Shown one piece after another: positions 23,370 to 36,420 of a stretch of DNA of 64,000 nucleotides. Made by a program: the position numbers and the translations under genes. Under the pieces are notes generated by a model that searched no databases, was not told the origin of the DNA, and saw only the letters and a list, made by a program, of their open reading frames with translations. The stretch is from Octopus vulgaris (Eukaryota): the NCBI GenBank assembly GCA_951406725.2, contig OX597822.1, forward strand, positions 37,696,001 to 37,760,000, read 5' to 3'. How positions within the stretch are numbered: position 1 is the first letter of the stretch; the number at the start of each line of letters is the position of its first letter.

Positions 23370-25660
23370 CTTTTATTTGTCCCATGGCAAAGGTTGAGGA
23401 GGACAATACAATGACAGACATAGAGTATGAAAGTTTACATATAATGAAATGATAATATAAAAAAAAGATGATTGTTATGTGGTCCTACTGGTAGAGGAGG
23501 ACCTCTGCAGCTACTCATGGAACCCCCACTGTCCAAGATCTCCCTGAACACCAAGGGCAAATGTCTTCTCCAATTCCCTTTCTCTGACTCACAGATCTAC
23601 ACTTAGATCAGTACAATTCACTCTTGTTTTTTTTTCAACTTTCACTCACCTTTCAGTAAATTCATTCTAGGACAGTTCCTTCTCTACACTCACCTTTTTA
23701 AAGTGAAACTTGAAAAAGTCGGTGAGGGCTCTACTATAGAGGAATGTTTCTGTCCTCAATCTTTTCAGCTTCGCTTACTAGACAGCCTCTTTTGCCATGG
23801 CCACTGCCATCAAGCAAAGAAGAAGTGCCTTACTTGCTCGATCAAAGGAGGGCGGTGGTGGAGTCATCTCTGTGGATTCGTTCAATAGACGAATACGTCC
23901 CACATGTGATAGCAGCTGTTCGACATAACTCCACAAGTAAGCAATGCCTGGACACTGAACGACTGCATGCAGAACGGTTTTGTTGCCCTGCGTGCACCTC
24001 GGACAAGGCTGGTTGACTTTGTCTTTCATCCTTTTGGGGTTGATAAATTAAGTACCAGTTGCGCACTGGGGTCGATATAATCGACTGCACTCCACCCCCA
24101 AAATTTTGAGCCTTGTGTCTAGAATAGAAAAGAGTTTATCTCGAAGCGGCAGCGACCTTCGGTTGCACTGCCAGGCTAAGGACTTCTGGAAATTATCCAT
24201 GGTAGACCCCGACCAGGAAGTCCTCCGGAACAGGCAAGCCAGTTCGTTTTCGTCGACTACTAGAGTCTCCCCGACGACGTCGTCCCATTTCCCCACCACT
24301 AATCCTCTATATATATAAACGGCAGTTTGTCTGTGTGGCTGTCAGGTTGTACCCTCACCCTGACCACGGCTTTCAACCGATTCTGATGAAACTTGACACA
24401 CTCATAGCCCAATGTCATAATTCAAAACTAACGCAGCGAAAATTTTGAAAAGTTCCCCCAGTTCTGAAAAAAATTGATAAATTCGACATGGGGTCGAGAA
24501 TCTAAGCATTTTATATGCAACACATTTTCTGTCGGGAGACAGCTAGGAACATCGTATACATAGAAGTATTCGAGTGAAGAGAAGACATTGCAACCTACAC
24601 ATGCACCTTCGTTCCCTAGAGGAAAAGAACTAGATTGGGATTAGTCGTTGCCTACTAGGGGCTCTTACATACCCGGGCAACGCCGGGCTATGCTGCTAGT
24701 CCTCTATATATGTTAAATTGGAACATCCACCAATCCCATTACCCGACTGGTAGAGGACTGAGCACCTGACAACATTCTAGGTGTCAAGGCGCCCACTCTC
24801 GATCTATCCTTCACCCAGGATTACAGTTCCGTCAAAGAAACGAGCTGTGGAAAGGCGTACTTCAGAAAGTAGCTCATAGACGTTCACCGTCCAGAAATCG
24901 TCGCAGGTGATGCAACCTGAGCGCGCGTCAACATACAAATAACCACAGCATGCCTAAGTCGCTGCGCAGGGGGTTCTGGTTGCTGACTGACCGCCTGACC
25001 CTTGGAATGTGTCTCTTCAACAAGAAGATAAACAAGAGACGCTCCAAGCAGTAATTGGGTCGGGCACGACAGTCAGGCGATAAATGATGACAGAGGCGTT
25101 GTAAGCATTCGTCGTCTTTGCCCAACCTTTCAAGGACAACTTCATCTCCACTCATTTCCGGGTAAGACTCGCCACCCCGTTATTATCCACCTGGTGGTTG
25201 GTACGAAAACAAACCCCGAGCCGTGTAACTGGTCCGTCAGTCCAGCGTCCGGCAGCTTTGACCTACCTCTCCAGGTACCCAGCCGTAAGCCCACCAACTT
25301 GTTGATTTTGGACCCTGCAATCCACTCATATTAGAATGGTACCGATCATCTCCACTTCGGAGGCATCCGACACCATGACGGTGACGTCATCCGCGGACGC
25401 CGACATTGTCCTCCCGTGTCTCAGTTCGAAAGGGATGCCCCCCCCCCCCAACTGTTCCAACTTCCGCAGCAGTGGTTCGAGAGCCAGCACATACAGAAGA
25501 AGTGATAACGGGCAGTCTTGGCGGGCAGAGCATGCGATGCGAAACGGTTCTGAGAGGTGGCCGTTTAATTTGACAGCCAAGCAGGTGCCGCTGCGCATTG
25601 TAACGATCCAGCTCCTGAAAGCAGCTGCTTTCAGGACGGCTTCCGAGTAACGATGGTCGA
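23370..25660 (-). mobile_element. Degenerate Tx1/L1-like LINE (RT and 3' region) with nested SINE and Helitron
   Basis: RQDCPLSLLLYVLALEPLLRKL and SAxADDVTV RT motifs, CPRC..TVLHAVVQCP zinc knuckle. Homologous to 37977-39285. Confidence 0.8.
24303..24699 (+). mobile_element. Non-autonomous Helitron
   Basis: 5' TC terminus, 3' hairpin CCCGGGCAACGCCGGG then CTAG (24696-24699). Inserted between A and T within the LINE. Confidence 0.8.
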
Positions 25661-25924
25661 CCCCGGTATCGAACTCATGTCCTTATGACTATTAGCCGAA
25701 TATCCTAACCAGTAAGCCACGCACTTTCACACAGGTGTGACATACCTTGAATACCAAGGTATTCTGTTGATGAAACAAGCTATCGCAACAGTAGAGGTCA
25801 TGGAAAACTGCTACTTTGGATTATGTGTATCCCAGAAAGTAGAAACCAATATGTAATCAATGGAATCGACTAAAGCACAGCAGAAAAAAATGATTAGCAG
25901 AATGTTTTAAGATTACAGGTAAGT

Positions 25925-26177
25925 GCGGCGAGCTGGCAGATTAAAGGGCAGCGAGCTGGAAGAATCGATAGCACGCCGGGCGAAATGCTTAGCGATATTT
26001 CGTCTGCCGTTACGTTCTGAGTTCAAATTCCGCCGAGGTCGACTTTGCCTTTCATCCTTTCGGGGTCGATGAATTAAGTACCAGTTACGCACTGGGGTCG
26101 ATGTAACTGACTTAATCACTTTGTCTGTCCTTGTTTGTTCCCTCTATGTTTAGCCCCTTGTGGGCAATAAAGAAATA
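25925..26177 (+). mobile_element. SINE (GGCGAGCTGGCAG family) with a 26-bp target-site duplication
   Basis: AGAAT(G/C)TTTTAAGATTACAGGTAAGT at 25899-25924 and 26178-26203. Confidence 0.85.
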
Positions 26178-26195
26178 AGAATCTTTTAAGATTAC

Positions 26196-26557
26196 AGGTA
26201 AGTTCACCGCGATCAATTCACCTCAGGGCAAGGTCACCGCTTTCAATTCACTGTGAAGAAAGTTCACCGTGAAGGAAAGTTTACGGAGAAAATATACCCT
26301 TAGTCAGGGTCGGTTCTTTGGGTTGTTGGTGCCTCGGGCAAGCTGAACTTCGGTTTGTACAAGCTGACGGTCGTGGAAATTTCCTTATTTTTTGTCACGC
26401 CCCTGGCGACTACCCGAGTTGCCGGTACCTTGAGCCGGCCCTGTCCATAGTATCTCACCATTAATAGTTAAAAACGTTTTTATTGAAAAAAAAAAAACAA
26501 AAACAAAAACAAAAAACAACAAATCAAACGGTGCATTGATGACGGTGAACTTACCGG
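26196..26557. mobile_element. MITE with GGTAAGTTCACCG TIRs and TTCACC subrepeats, containing a nested CAGGGTCGGTTC/GAGCCGGCCCTG MITE (~26304-26443)
   Basis: Terminal inverted repeats visible at both nesting levels. Confidence 0.6.
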
Positions 26558-26704
26558 ACGTGGTCTTTTAAGGAAGCGGTTCCCAACCGTTTTTGAACCA
26601 TGGATCGGTTTCACGGAAAAGTTTTCCACGGACCGGGGGATCACGTGTATAACAAAACACTATAAAATATAAGGTATTTGATTTAATTATTACACACACA
26701 CATT

Positions 26705-26963
26705 CTTTTATTCTTTTACTTGTTTCAGTCATTTGACTGCGGCCATTCTGGAGTACCACCTTTAGTCGAACTAATTGACCCCAGGATTTATTCTTTGTAA
26801 GCCTAGTATTTATTCTATCGTTCTCTTTTGCCTAACCGCTAAGTGACGGGGACGTAAACACACTAACATCGGTTGTCAAGCGATGTTGGAGACACAGGCA
26901 CAAATAATAAACACGCACGCACATACATACATACATACATACATACATACATACATACATACA

Positions 26964-27035
<72 letters not shown>

Positions 27036-27201
27036 TATATGCCGGGCTTCTTTCAGTTTCCGTCTACCAAATCCACTCACAAGGTTTTAGTCGGTCTGAG
27101 GCTATAGTAGAAGGCACTTGGCTAAGGTGCCATGCAGTGGGACTGAACCCGGAACCACATGTGGTTCGGAAGTAAGCTTCTTACCACACAGCCACTCCTG
27201 C
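26705..27201 (-). mobile_element. tRNA-derived SINE, near full length, with expanded internal microsatellite
   Basis: Same family as 10085-10458 and 53528-54003. Confidence 0.85.
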
Positions 27202-27343
27202 ATATATATATATATATATATATGCCGAGGTGGAAATCCACGCCGCCATCTCTTCAGTTATCTGGCCATCGGAAAAATGCTATGAAAAAGGACCGTTACA
27301 TACATACATACATACATACATATACATACATACATATATATAT

Positions 27344-27399
<56 letters not shown>

Positions 27400-27440
27400 A
27401 CACGACCGGATTCTTTCAGTTTCCGTCTGCCAGATGGCCA

Positions 27441-27501
27441 GATAACTGAAGAGATGGCGGCGTTGATTTCCACCTCGGCATCCGAAACTCAGAGTTTTAT
27501 C
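27441..27501 (+). ncRNA. Type I hammerhead ribozyme-like motif
   Basis: GATAA-CTGAAGA-[GATG...CATC]C-GAAA-CTC-A-GAG-TT-TTATC: stem I GAUAA/UUAUC, core CUGAAGA and GAAA, stem III ACUC/GAGU, GUU triplet. Confidence 0.7.
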
Positions 27502-27633
27502 TTGGCTATTGAATAATTGTCACATATTATTTTACAGATAAATTTCCTCTATTTACATAATATTGGGGTCTCTTTCTTTCTTTTGTTATCTTACAGTTTT
27601 TACCAATATATATATATGTCTTACCATTTTTAT

Positions 27634-27683
<50 letters not shown>

Positions 27684-27786
27684 TGATAAAAATGGTAAGA
27701 TACAAAAGAATGAAAGAGACTTCGATATTATGTAAATAGAGGAATTTATCTGTAAATGTAATATGTGATAATTATTCAGTAGCCAT

Positions 27787-27847
27787 GATAAAACTCTGAG
27801 TTTCGGATGCCGAGGTGAAAATCCACGCCGCCATCTCTTCAGTTATC
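27787..27847 (-). ncRNA. Type I hammerhead ribozyme-like motif, inverted copy of 27441-27501
   Basis: Reverse complement reads GATAA CTGAAGA GATGGCGGCGTGGATTTTCACCTCGGCATCC GAAA CTCAGAG TT TTATC. Confidence 0.7.
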
Positions 27848-27884
27848 TGGCCATCGGGAAAATGCTATGAAAAATAACCGTTAC

Positions 27885-27939
<55 letters not shown>

Positions 27940-28571
27940 GACGGGATTCTTTCAGTTTCCGTCTGCCAAATTCACTCACAAGGCTTTGAGGCTACAGCAG
28001 AAGACACTTGCCACGCAGTGGGGATGAACCCGGAACCATGTGGTTGGAAAGCAAGCTTCTTACTACACAACCATGTCCAAATAATGTTTGCATTAAGTTT
28101 AAAAATGCCATAAGGCTGATATCCATATCTTCTATCTTTTTATCAAATTGCACACACAAACATAACCCCATTGCCTCAGTTATCATTCTAAAACAAATTA
28201 AAGAAGAAAAAAAAGCTACACTACTTTCAAAAGTTATGAATTCCTTCAAGAAAACCCAATCAAACTAAAAAGATATTTATATGTTTTGGCAAACATTACC
28301 TTACTGAAGTGGCTCAAGGAGTCCCAAAATATGACAGTCAAGCAGTTAGGAGTAACGTTACTAACTGTTTAATGGAAATGGCTTTTTGCAGCAGACTATA
28401 ATCGGTACAAGCAACTGCTTCTTGGCATCTTAGCCTTACCAGAAATTTCAGGAAATCTTTAGCAATGTTTATATTCTGAAGCAAACATAAAATAATATAA
28501 TAGAGGATGTTATTTAGTCTATGACAGACAAAATAATAATAAAAAAAACACACCATTAAACCATCTGCTAG

Positions 28572-28965
28572 GTCACATGATTTTGACGTACTGCGCCTCC
28601 TCAGTAACAGCAGTCCGTTAGCCGCATGTCAGCCAAATCTTACCGCAAGCGATATATAAAATTCCAATGACTTTTCAGGCACTGATATTTTTAATGAACC
28701 AGCTGGCTAGTTGCCTAAAAAGTAACCGGAACTCTATATATTGTTGGCAGTGAGATTTGGTTGGTATGCGACTAGCGGATGGCTGTCACTGAGAAGACGT
28801 TAACAATATATAAATCTCTAGAAACTTTTCAGTTACTGATATTTTTAATAAGCCTGCTAGCTATTTGCCTGAAATTCTATATATCGTTGGCAGTGAGATT
28901 TGACTAGCATGCCGCTAGTGAGCGGCTGTCATTGAGGAGACGTAGCACCTCAAAATCACATTTGA
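28572..28965. mobile_element. Foldback/MITE with long imperfect inverted arms and a duplicated right arm
   Basis: ~28575-28665 is complementary to both ~28728-28800 and ~28872-28960. Confidence 0.6.
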
Positions 28966-28989
28966 GATTTCGTGTTCCAAAGGAATAAA

Positions 28990-31900
28990 GAAACTTTTTA
29001 TTTATTTATTTATTTATTTTTTATCTTAAGGTGTTCGGTCTGCTTTCTTTCTCGCATGTTGGTTCTACGGGACTCAATTACTTTTGGTACCGATACATCG
29101 AATATTTCAGAGAATACTTCCATGAGAATTTCTTCCTGATCTTGAGTATGCCTCTTCCTTAGTTGGTTTATGTATCTCATATGTTCACCATGTGATCCTT
29201 TAATTAGATACATCGTACTTCCAATTTTTCTGGTAACAAGTCTATCTTCCCAGCCTTCTTTACCGTTTCTATAGGTTTTGAAATGAACTTTATCACCTTT
29301 TTTGACTTATTTCGTTGGCTCTTTCCTATTTCCTTTACATCTTTTTTTCTCTGGTAATAACTTACCCAAAATGGATTTTATTCTTCTTGCGAACATCAAT
29401 TCTACAGGAGACTTCCCTGAATTTGTTCTTGAATTGGAGGCCACTCCATATACTTTTTAAGAAATTTGTCAGTGCTTCGTCGTTCGTTACTTAATTCATT
29501 CCTCGCTTTCCTTAATGCACTTTTAAAGGTATTCACAATTCTTTCTACCCGCCCGTTTGACCTTGGTTGGTAGGGTGTAGCGAAAATATGCTTTTTACAG
29601 AAGCTCTTGAATTCATACCCAGAGAACTGCGTTCCGTTGTCTGAAACTAGCATATCAAGGACACCGTATCGCGCAAACGATTCGTATAAGAACTTTATAG
29701 TCGTCTTAGAGGTTGTTCTATAGCACCTGCAAACCTCCGGCTACTTAGTACAGCTATCTATTACAAATAGGTTGTATGCGCCGTTTACCGATCCGGCATA
29801 ATCAATGTGTAACCTAGACCATAGGTTCTTCGTCTCTGGCCACGATTGATATTTTACTAGCGGGACTTTGGCCGCGAGCGCGCAACCTCGGCACGTAATC
29901 ACAAAGTTTTTGATATCTCGGTCCATAGACGACCAATAGACATAACCTCATCAGAGCCTTCATTTTTGCCATTCCTGGATGTCTGCTGTGAAATTATTGC
30001 AATACATCTTTTTCTAATGTAGTTGGAACCACCACTCTTTGGGCATACAACAGAATATCGTCGCAAATTGAGAAACTACTGGCATCTGAATTTTAATTGT
30101 TTATTTTTTAAAGCTTCTTTTATTTTCGTAATATACTCATCACCTACAGCTTTCATTCTTATATCTTGTGACATCACTGGTAGTTCTTGGCTAACGTTCG
30201 TCATAACACTTAAATTTCACTTTTTGTCTGCAGTGCGGCTAAAACAGACTCTTCTAGTGGTTCCATATGTTTTGGAATTAATCTCGAAAGGTTGTCCACA
30301 TGACCGATTTTTTTTCGATGGAATGTATTGCATTTTGAAATTATAATTTAGTAATATTATACCCTGATGTTGCAGGCAGTTCACAGTTATGACTCGGTAG
30401 CCCTTTTTTAGACTCATAAATCGACAGCAAAGGTGTATGGTCTGTTTACAATTAAAAAAAAAAAAAACTTCTGCCACACATAAACCTGTAAAATGTTTTA
30501 ACTGCAAAATAATTGCTAGAGTCTCCTTTTCAATTTAACTAGATCTATTCTCTGTCGCTATTAGCGAGCGCGAAACACGAACCACTGGTTTTGTACTTCC
30601 GTCTTCGTATTTACGAAATAGAACTGCACCTAATCTGTGCTCGGAAGCATTAGACGCTACAATGATGTCCACTTCAGGATCGTAATGTGCTAACGACAAG
30701 TGTGAGATTGGAATTTTCTTCTATTTTTTCAAAAGTGTTCTGGCATTTAATGGACCAATTTCACTCTACTCCTTTTTTTAATAAGTCCTTCAACGGAGCT
30801 CTTAACTTGTGCATATCAGGAATGTAGTTTTGGTAGTAGTTTGCCAGCACAAGAAATGCTTGTAAATTTGGAATATTTGTTGGCGCAGGTATATTCTTTA
30901 TTGCCTCTGCTCTCGACGGGTCAGAATGTCTACTACTTTTATCAATTATTTGCTCTAAGCACTTAATTTGGGGTAAAAAGATTTTGCATTTTTCTTCACT
31001 CAAATCGAACCCGAAAATTTGAATTTTCTTAAACACAGCTTTTATGTGTTCCACACGCTGTTCACAAGAATTGCTCTTGATCAAAATATCGTCCAAGTAC
31101 GGGATTGCGAATTCACAATCAGATAACATAGAATTCATGATTTTCTGGAATATTGCTGGTGCCACTTTTAATCCTAAAGGTAATTAATTGTGTATCTGTA
31201 CAATCCTCTGCATGTATTTATTGTCAAATACTTTGACCATTTTTCATTTACTTCTGTCTGTAAATAGGCTTCAGACAGATCTAATTTAGAAAACATTTTT
31301 CCACCATTTAACTTGGTAAAAATGTCTTCTGCAGTCGGAAGTGGATGGTGCTATGTTTTTTAGCAGTCATTCAATCCTGTAGAGAAATCGGCTCACAACC
31401 TAATCTTATTATTTTTTAATACATACCGTGGGTGCCACCCACTTCAGGTAATCCACCTTTTTGATGATCCCACTCTTTTCAAGTCTGTTCAATTCTTCAT
31501 TTACGGTTTCAATTTCCGCGATCGGTACTTTTCTGTTTGCTTTAAATACATGTAGAGCGTTTTCACTTACTTGGAAATGGGCTTCCTTCTTTCTACATAG
31601 ACCTAAATCCTCTTATAACACTTGCGGGAATATGTTTTTCAATTTTTTCTTCAGTTCTCCCGAAGACTTGTTTTTAACTTGTCATTGTAGTAAATATATT
31701 TAGGGAGGTGCCATAAATCGAATCGTTCTAACCAATCTGTGCCAAACAGATTGATTGTATTATCCACAACGAATAATCTCACTTTGCGTGTCTCTCCTCG
31801 AAATGTGACGTTGATGCATGTTTTAGCCATAAAATGTAATTTATCGCCCGTTACACCACGCGCTATTTTCGCTGTTTTATGTAATATCATTTTTTTCCAC

Positions 31901-33265
31901 AAGTATCCGCATTTATAATCGAGTTGTCAATACCTATGACTAACGATAATTTGGTATTCACATCGTTTATTTTTGTGCACGATTTTTTTTCCCGTCGCAA
32001 TCACTCTCCGCTGAAAACACTTTAGAACTTTTTGTGTTTGAATATCGTTCTACAATATTGTTTGAATATTGTTCTACAATGAGAATCCCTGTGTCCCAGC
32101 TTCTGATAACTATTGCACATTTTGTTTTTAAACAGACAATCCTTTTTGTAGTGTAGGCCTCCACAACCATAACACGGATTGAAGCCTGATACTTTTTTTT
32201 TTATTGTACTTCCCGGGACGACACATTTGGATTTTTGTAGAGTCTTTATCTTGTATTTTTTTTACATCATGTTTAAGATTTACCATAGTCTGATATTCTT
32301 TTGCGAAGGTTTGTAGAGACAAATCCTGGTTCAGTTGCTCCATTTTCGAGAGAATCCTTGTCCAAATTTCTGTATTTTCAGGTACTATAAAATCCTTGCA
32401 CGAAGCTAAGTGATTTGAACATATCCTGAGTGAGATCCCGGAGCTTGAAATTTTCGGACATACGGTTGACTACTCCGGCGTAGCTGATAAAATCATTCTC
32501 CTCATTTTTTGTTAAATTCCAACACTCCATTCTGGTGTTGAATAATGAAGTTCTATCAAAAAAAAAAAAATCTTTGAAAGCAGTTCCTCGGTTTTGTGGA
32601 AAGTAATCTCACTCGATCCTTTTGGGCAGAATAAAGTTACAGTAACGCAGGAGCTACCATGCGTAGTAAAAACCTTACTTCCTGCTCCTCTAACCATGAC
32701 TTGCACTCGTTGTTAAAAATTCCCTCGTATTTCCTATAATATGCAGGAAACATAATACCCTCCTCCGGATTATACGTAAATTGAGAAACTGCGTTAGCCA
32801 CGCCATCTGGCGTAAACGAGCGTACCAGATTTTCGGACTTCGCCAACTGTAACTCAATCAATTGTTGTTGTTGCTGTAGTATTTGTTTTTGCAACTCCTG
32901 TAGTTGTTCCTGTTACTTCTCTTGAAGCTGTACAACTGCAGCCAATATGTTTTTTTTTCAATGATGCAGAAATCGTCAAATAACCAATGTGAGTTTCGAA
33001 CGATCCTCATCGCCAGATGTTATATCTGTTGTTGTTATATATATATAATGTATTGAGTATAAAAGGAAGTAGTGAGTACTTAGTATGAAAGATTAAGAAA
33101 GTGAGAGAGACTGAAAAAACGTGTTAACGATACGAGCTATTTTATTAGACTGCGCGTTGTTGTACAAAGTATTTGTTGTGGCGGGAAACTTACTGAATGT
33201 CCTTGTATCAAGGGAGACAATGGGCAACGTTGATTGTTCATGTTTGTTGTGATGATTACATAACA
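28990..33265 (-). mobile_element. Degenerate Ty3/Gypsy LTR retrotransposon (gag-PR-RT-RH-IN, 5' LTR only)
   Basis: RT APAIFQKIM..PYLDDILI; integrase WSRLHIDYAG, LVSDNGTQF, PYQPRSNGRVER. Gypsy domain order. Many frameshifts. PBS-like TGGCGATGAGGAT at 33003-33015. Confidence 0.9.
33018..33265 (-). repeat. Putative 5' LTR of the Gypsy element
   Basis: TGTTAT...ATAACA inverted termini, internal AATAAA, PBS-like sequence 2 nt downstream. No second LTR found. Confidence 0.6.
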
Positions 33266-34149
33266 ATATCCTTATGGACAAACGAATTCACTGCAACAGT
33301 GTAATAACAATATAATGGAAACAAACTGCAGTAACCACACAGAATGTAACAACAATCTTTTAAGGACCAACAATCCAACACGCTAACTAGAATTGTAAAT
33401 TTTGAACTCCAGCTTTGTACTATCAATACACGATTATTCTTTATTAGGCACTACGGCCATAACACAGACGGAACAGCACAAGGACAGACAGAACACCACA
33501 GTGGGGAGAAAACTATCAATACAAGAACTGTGGAACTAGCACGGACTACAATTTATATGTAGTGGTCCAATCCATTCTCACCAGGAGGCGTTGTACTCTC
33601 GTATAACAACCTACATAAGTTAATGTGTGAAAAAAAGCAAAAAAAGCAAAAAAAGCAAAAAAACCCCAAAAAACAAAAAAGGAATTTTGAAAGAAGTCTC
33701 GATAAAACTAATTTTTGAACATCAAATCGCTATGGGTGGCTCACGAGAGTAAACTAGTAACCAAAGGGGTCCATAGATAAAAAATGGCTGAGAACCATTG
33801 CCAGCTATGAACTCCAGTCAGTGTTCGATCACCCGAAGCATTTACTCATTGGCTTAGTATATAAGTGGCTGAGTATCCCGTAGTTATGTGTACCCTTGCC
33901 ATAATACTCAAGAAGAATAGGTGTGTGACAAAGTCGACCTTATTTTAATTACAAGTAAAATCCATCCGATGGGTTTCTTTACAGTCTCTGTGTCATTAAT
34001 TTCTCTCATATAGCTGGGTTGGATCTCGGGGCTATGGTAAAAGACAACTGACAAAGATGCTACGTTGGGGGATCGAACCCAAGGTAAGGTGATTGCGAAG
34101 CGAACTTCTTAATCATTCGGCCACGCTGAAAAACACATAACGCACGTGC

Positions 34150-34163
34150 CAAGCAAGCACACA

Positions 34164-34228
<65 letters not shown>

Positions 34229-34557
34229 TAGCACGAATACAAGTACACACACAACATGTACAGCATATAATTACTATACTGTACAACACACTACAAACAG
34301 AATACATATAGACGTATATACATATATACACACTTATTCTTCCACAGGCGCACACACACAAACACAAACACACGCTTACACACACACACACATATATATA
34401 TATACACATACATATACATACATACGCACATATACTTAGACATACTATGCATATGCTGCGTATACAGCATACATTCGCTACATATACATTCGTTAAACAC
34501 ACTCCCACAAGTCATACTGTACGTGTGTGTGTGTGTGTGTGTGTGTTTGTATGTATG

Positions 34558-34588
<31 letters not shown>

Positions 34589-34959
34589 TTAGATGCATAT
34601 ATATTTAGATGTATATATACATGTATATATATTTAGATGTATATATATATGTGCATATATGTATGTATACATATATATATATGTATATAAATATATGTAT
34701 ACACACACATGCAGACATAAGCCACAAGACACGTATACATGCACACACACACACACACACATACATACACACACGCAAACACACCCACACATACAAACAC
34801 ACACATAAACACACGCATACAACACGTTAGACACCCTTCCCTCACACCTTTCTAAAGCCGTGGAGAATTCTAGTTAGGCTTATCAAGCCATACAACTGTA
34901 TATTCACTGGTGGTGTCTCCAACATTACCACCACCACCACCACCACCACCACCACTGTC

Positions 34960-34992
<33 letters not shown>

Positions 34993-35760
34993 ACTACTAC
35001 TACTATTACTACTACTATCATCACTACTACCATCACAACCACTAAAATCACCACTACCACCCAGCATAACGACCACTATCACAACGACGACCATCACCAC
35101 TGTCACCGCCACCGCCACCGTCACCGTCACCACTACCACCAACATCATCACCACAACCACAACCATTACCACCGCCGCCACCGCCACCATCACCGCCACC
35201 ATCACCGCCACCACCACCACCACCATCACAACCACTATTACGACCACAATTACTGCCAAAACTACCAGCAATACCCCACCATCACCGCCATCACCCCGCC
35301 CCATCACTCCCCCCCACCGCCGCCGCCGCCTAAACCATCACCACTACCACTCTAACCATCCATCGACCACCACCACCACCACTGAATGAACACTACATGG
35401 TCGTTTATTCTGCTAGAAATGACAGCCAGTTTACCGCCAAGTCATATTCTATCATCTGAAAAGGGGAAGGGCAAACTGGAGTATGCTCTTTGCAAAATGG
35501 CCATGGCTGGAACGACTTCAACCACAAGTCTGCCTGATGAGAACTGGTCTAGGGGTAAACGACAATATCAATATCATCATCATCATCATAATTATTATCA
35601 TCATCATTATCGTCGTCGTCGTCATCATCGTCATCATCGTCGTCGTCGTCGTCATCATGATCATGATCATCATGATCATCATCATGATCATGATCATGAT
35701 CACCATCACCATCATCATCACCATCATCATCACCATCATCAACAACAGCGACATCAGCAA
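34150..35760. repeat. Compound microsatellite block: (CA)n, (TA)n, (ACC)n, (CTG)n, (CAT)n
   Basis: Direct inspection. Confidence 0.95.
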
Positions 35761-36041
35761 TAGCTAAAGAAGGAACCTCTAGCTAGTGGTTTATATAGCT
35801 TTCTCTTTTCCAGACATGGCCATTCTACCTGATTTTCTGGCATATACCCTGCACTGAGTTACAGAGTTTATTCACCGATTTAATCGTTTAGCATTTAAAT
35901 CGACCACATGTGGCCCAAATATTCCACGTGTTCAACCCATCTAGATTCGCCTTTGTACATCCACCCTACGATGTCTTTCTAAAAATTAATAAACGCGTCA
36001 TTGAAATATCAAAATTATAATATAATGTCGGATTAATTGAA

Positions 36042-36420
36042 AACAAGAGCGCTCAGAGAGCGCAGATCTCCGCCAGGGCAACACCAACGCCCTCTCAACG
36101 ATTAGCCAGAGATGATTTTTAAAATGATAATATCTGAAATAAACTCGACTGCTCTCACAAACGAGAATACTAAAAATGAACCCGACCGCCCTCAAATATT
36201 AAGTAGAAAAAAAAAAAAAAACTGGAAAAATGATCCAGAATTCTTGTCCGGTACCGGATCGATCCCAAAATCTAATCAGTTCGTGTCAGTCACGAGGCCA
36301 AGCATCCCTGAAAGTTTCATCCGAATCCATCCAGCGGTCCTTGAGATATCTTATCCACGGAGAAATAAACAAACCAACACCACTGAAAAGAATACCTCCA
36401 TCTTCGCTAAGGCGAAGGTA
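36042..36420 (-). mobile_element. Helentron-associated/DINE-1-like non-autonomous element
   Basis: Subterminal repeats, (GTTT)n and a 3' hairpin (GCGCTCTCTGAGCGC). Opposite-orientation copy at 43330-43685. Class assignment is inferred from architecture. Confidence 0.6.

Noticed and set aside
24380-24395. Isolated CTGATGA hits (also ~13383, ~35534, ~52997) as hammerheads or C boxes
   Set aside because: No accompanying stem II/GAAA/NUH arrangement or D box.
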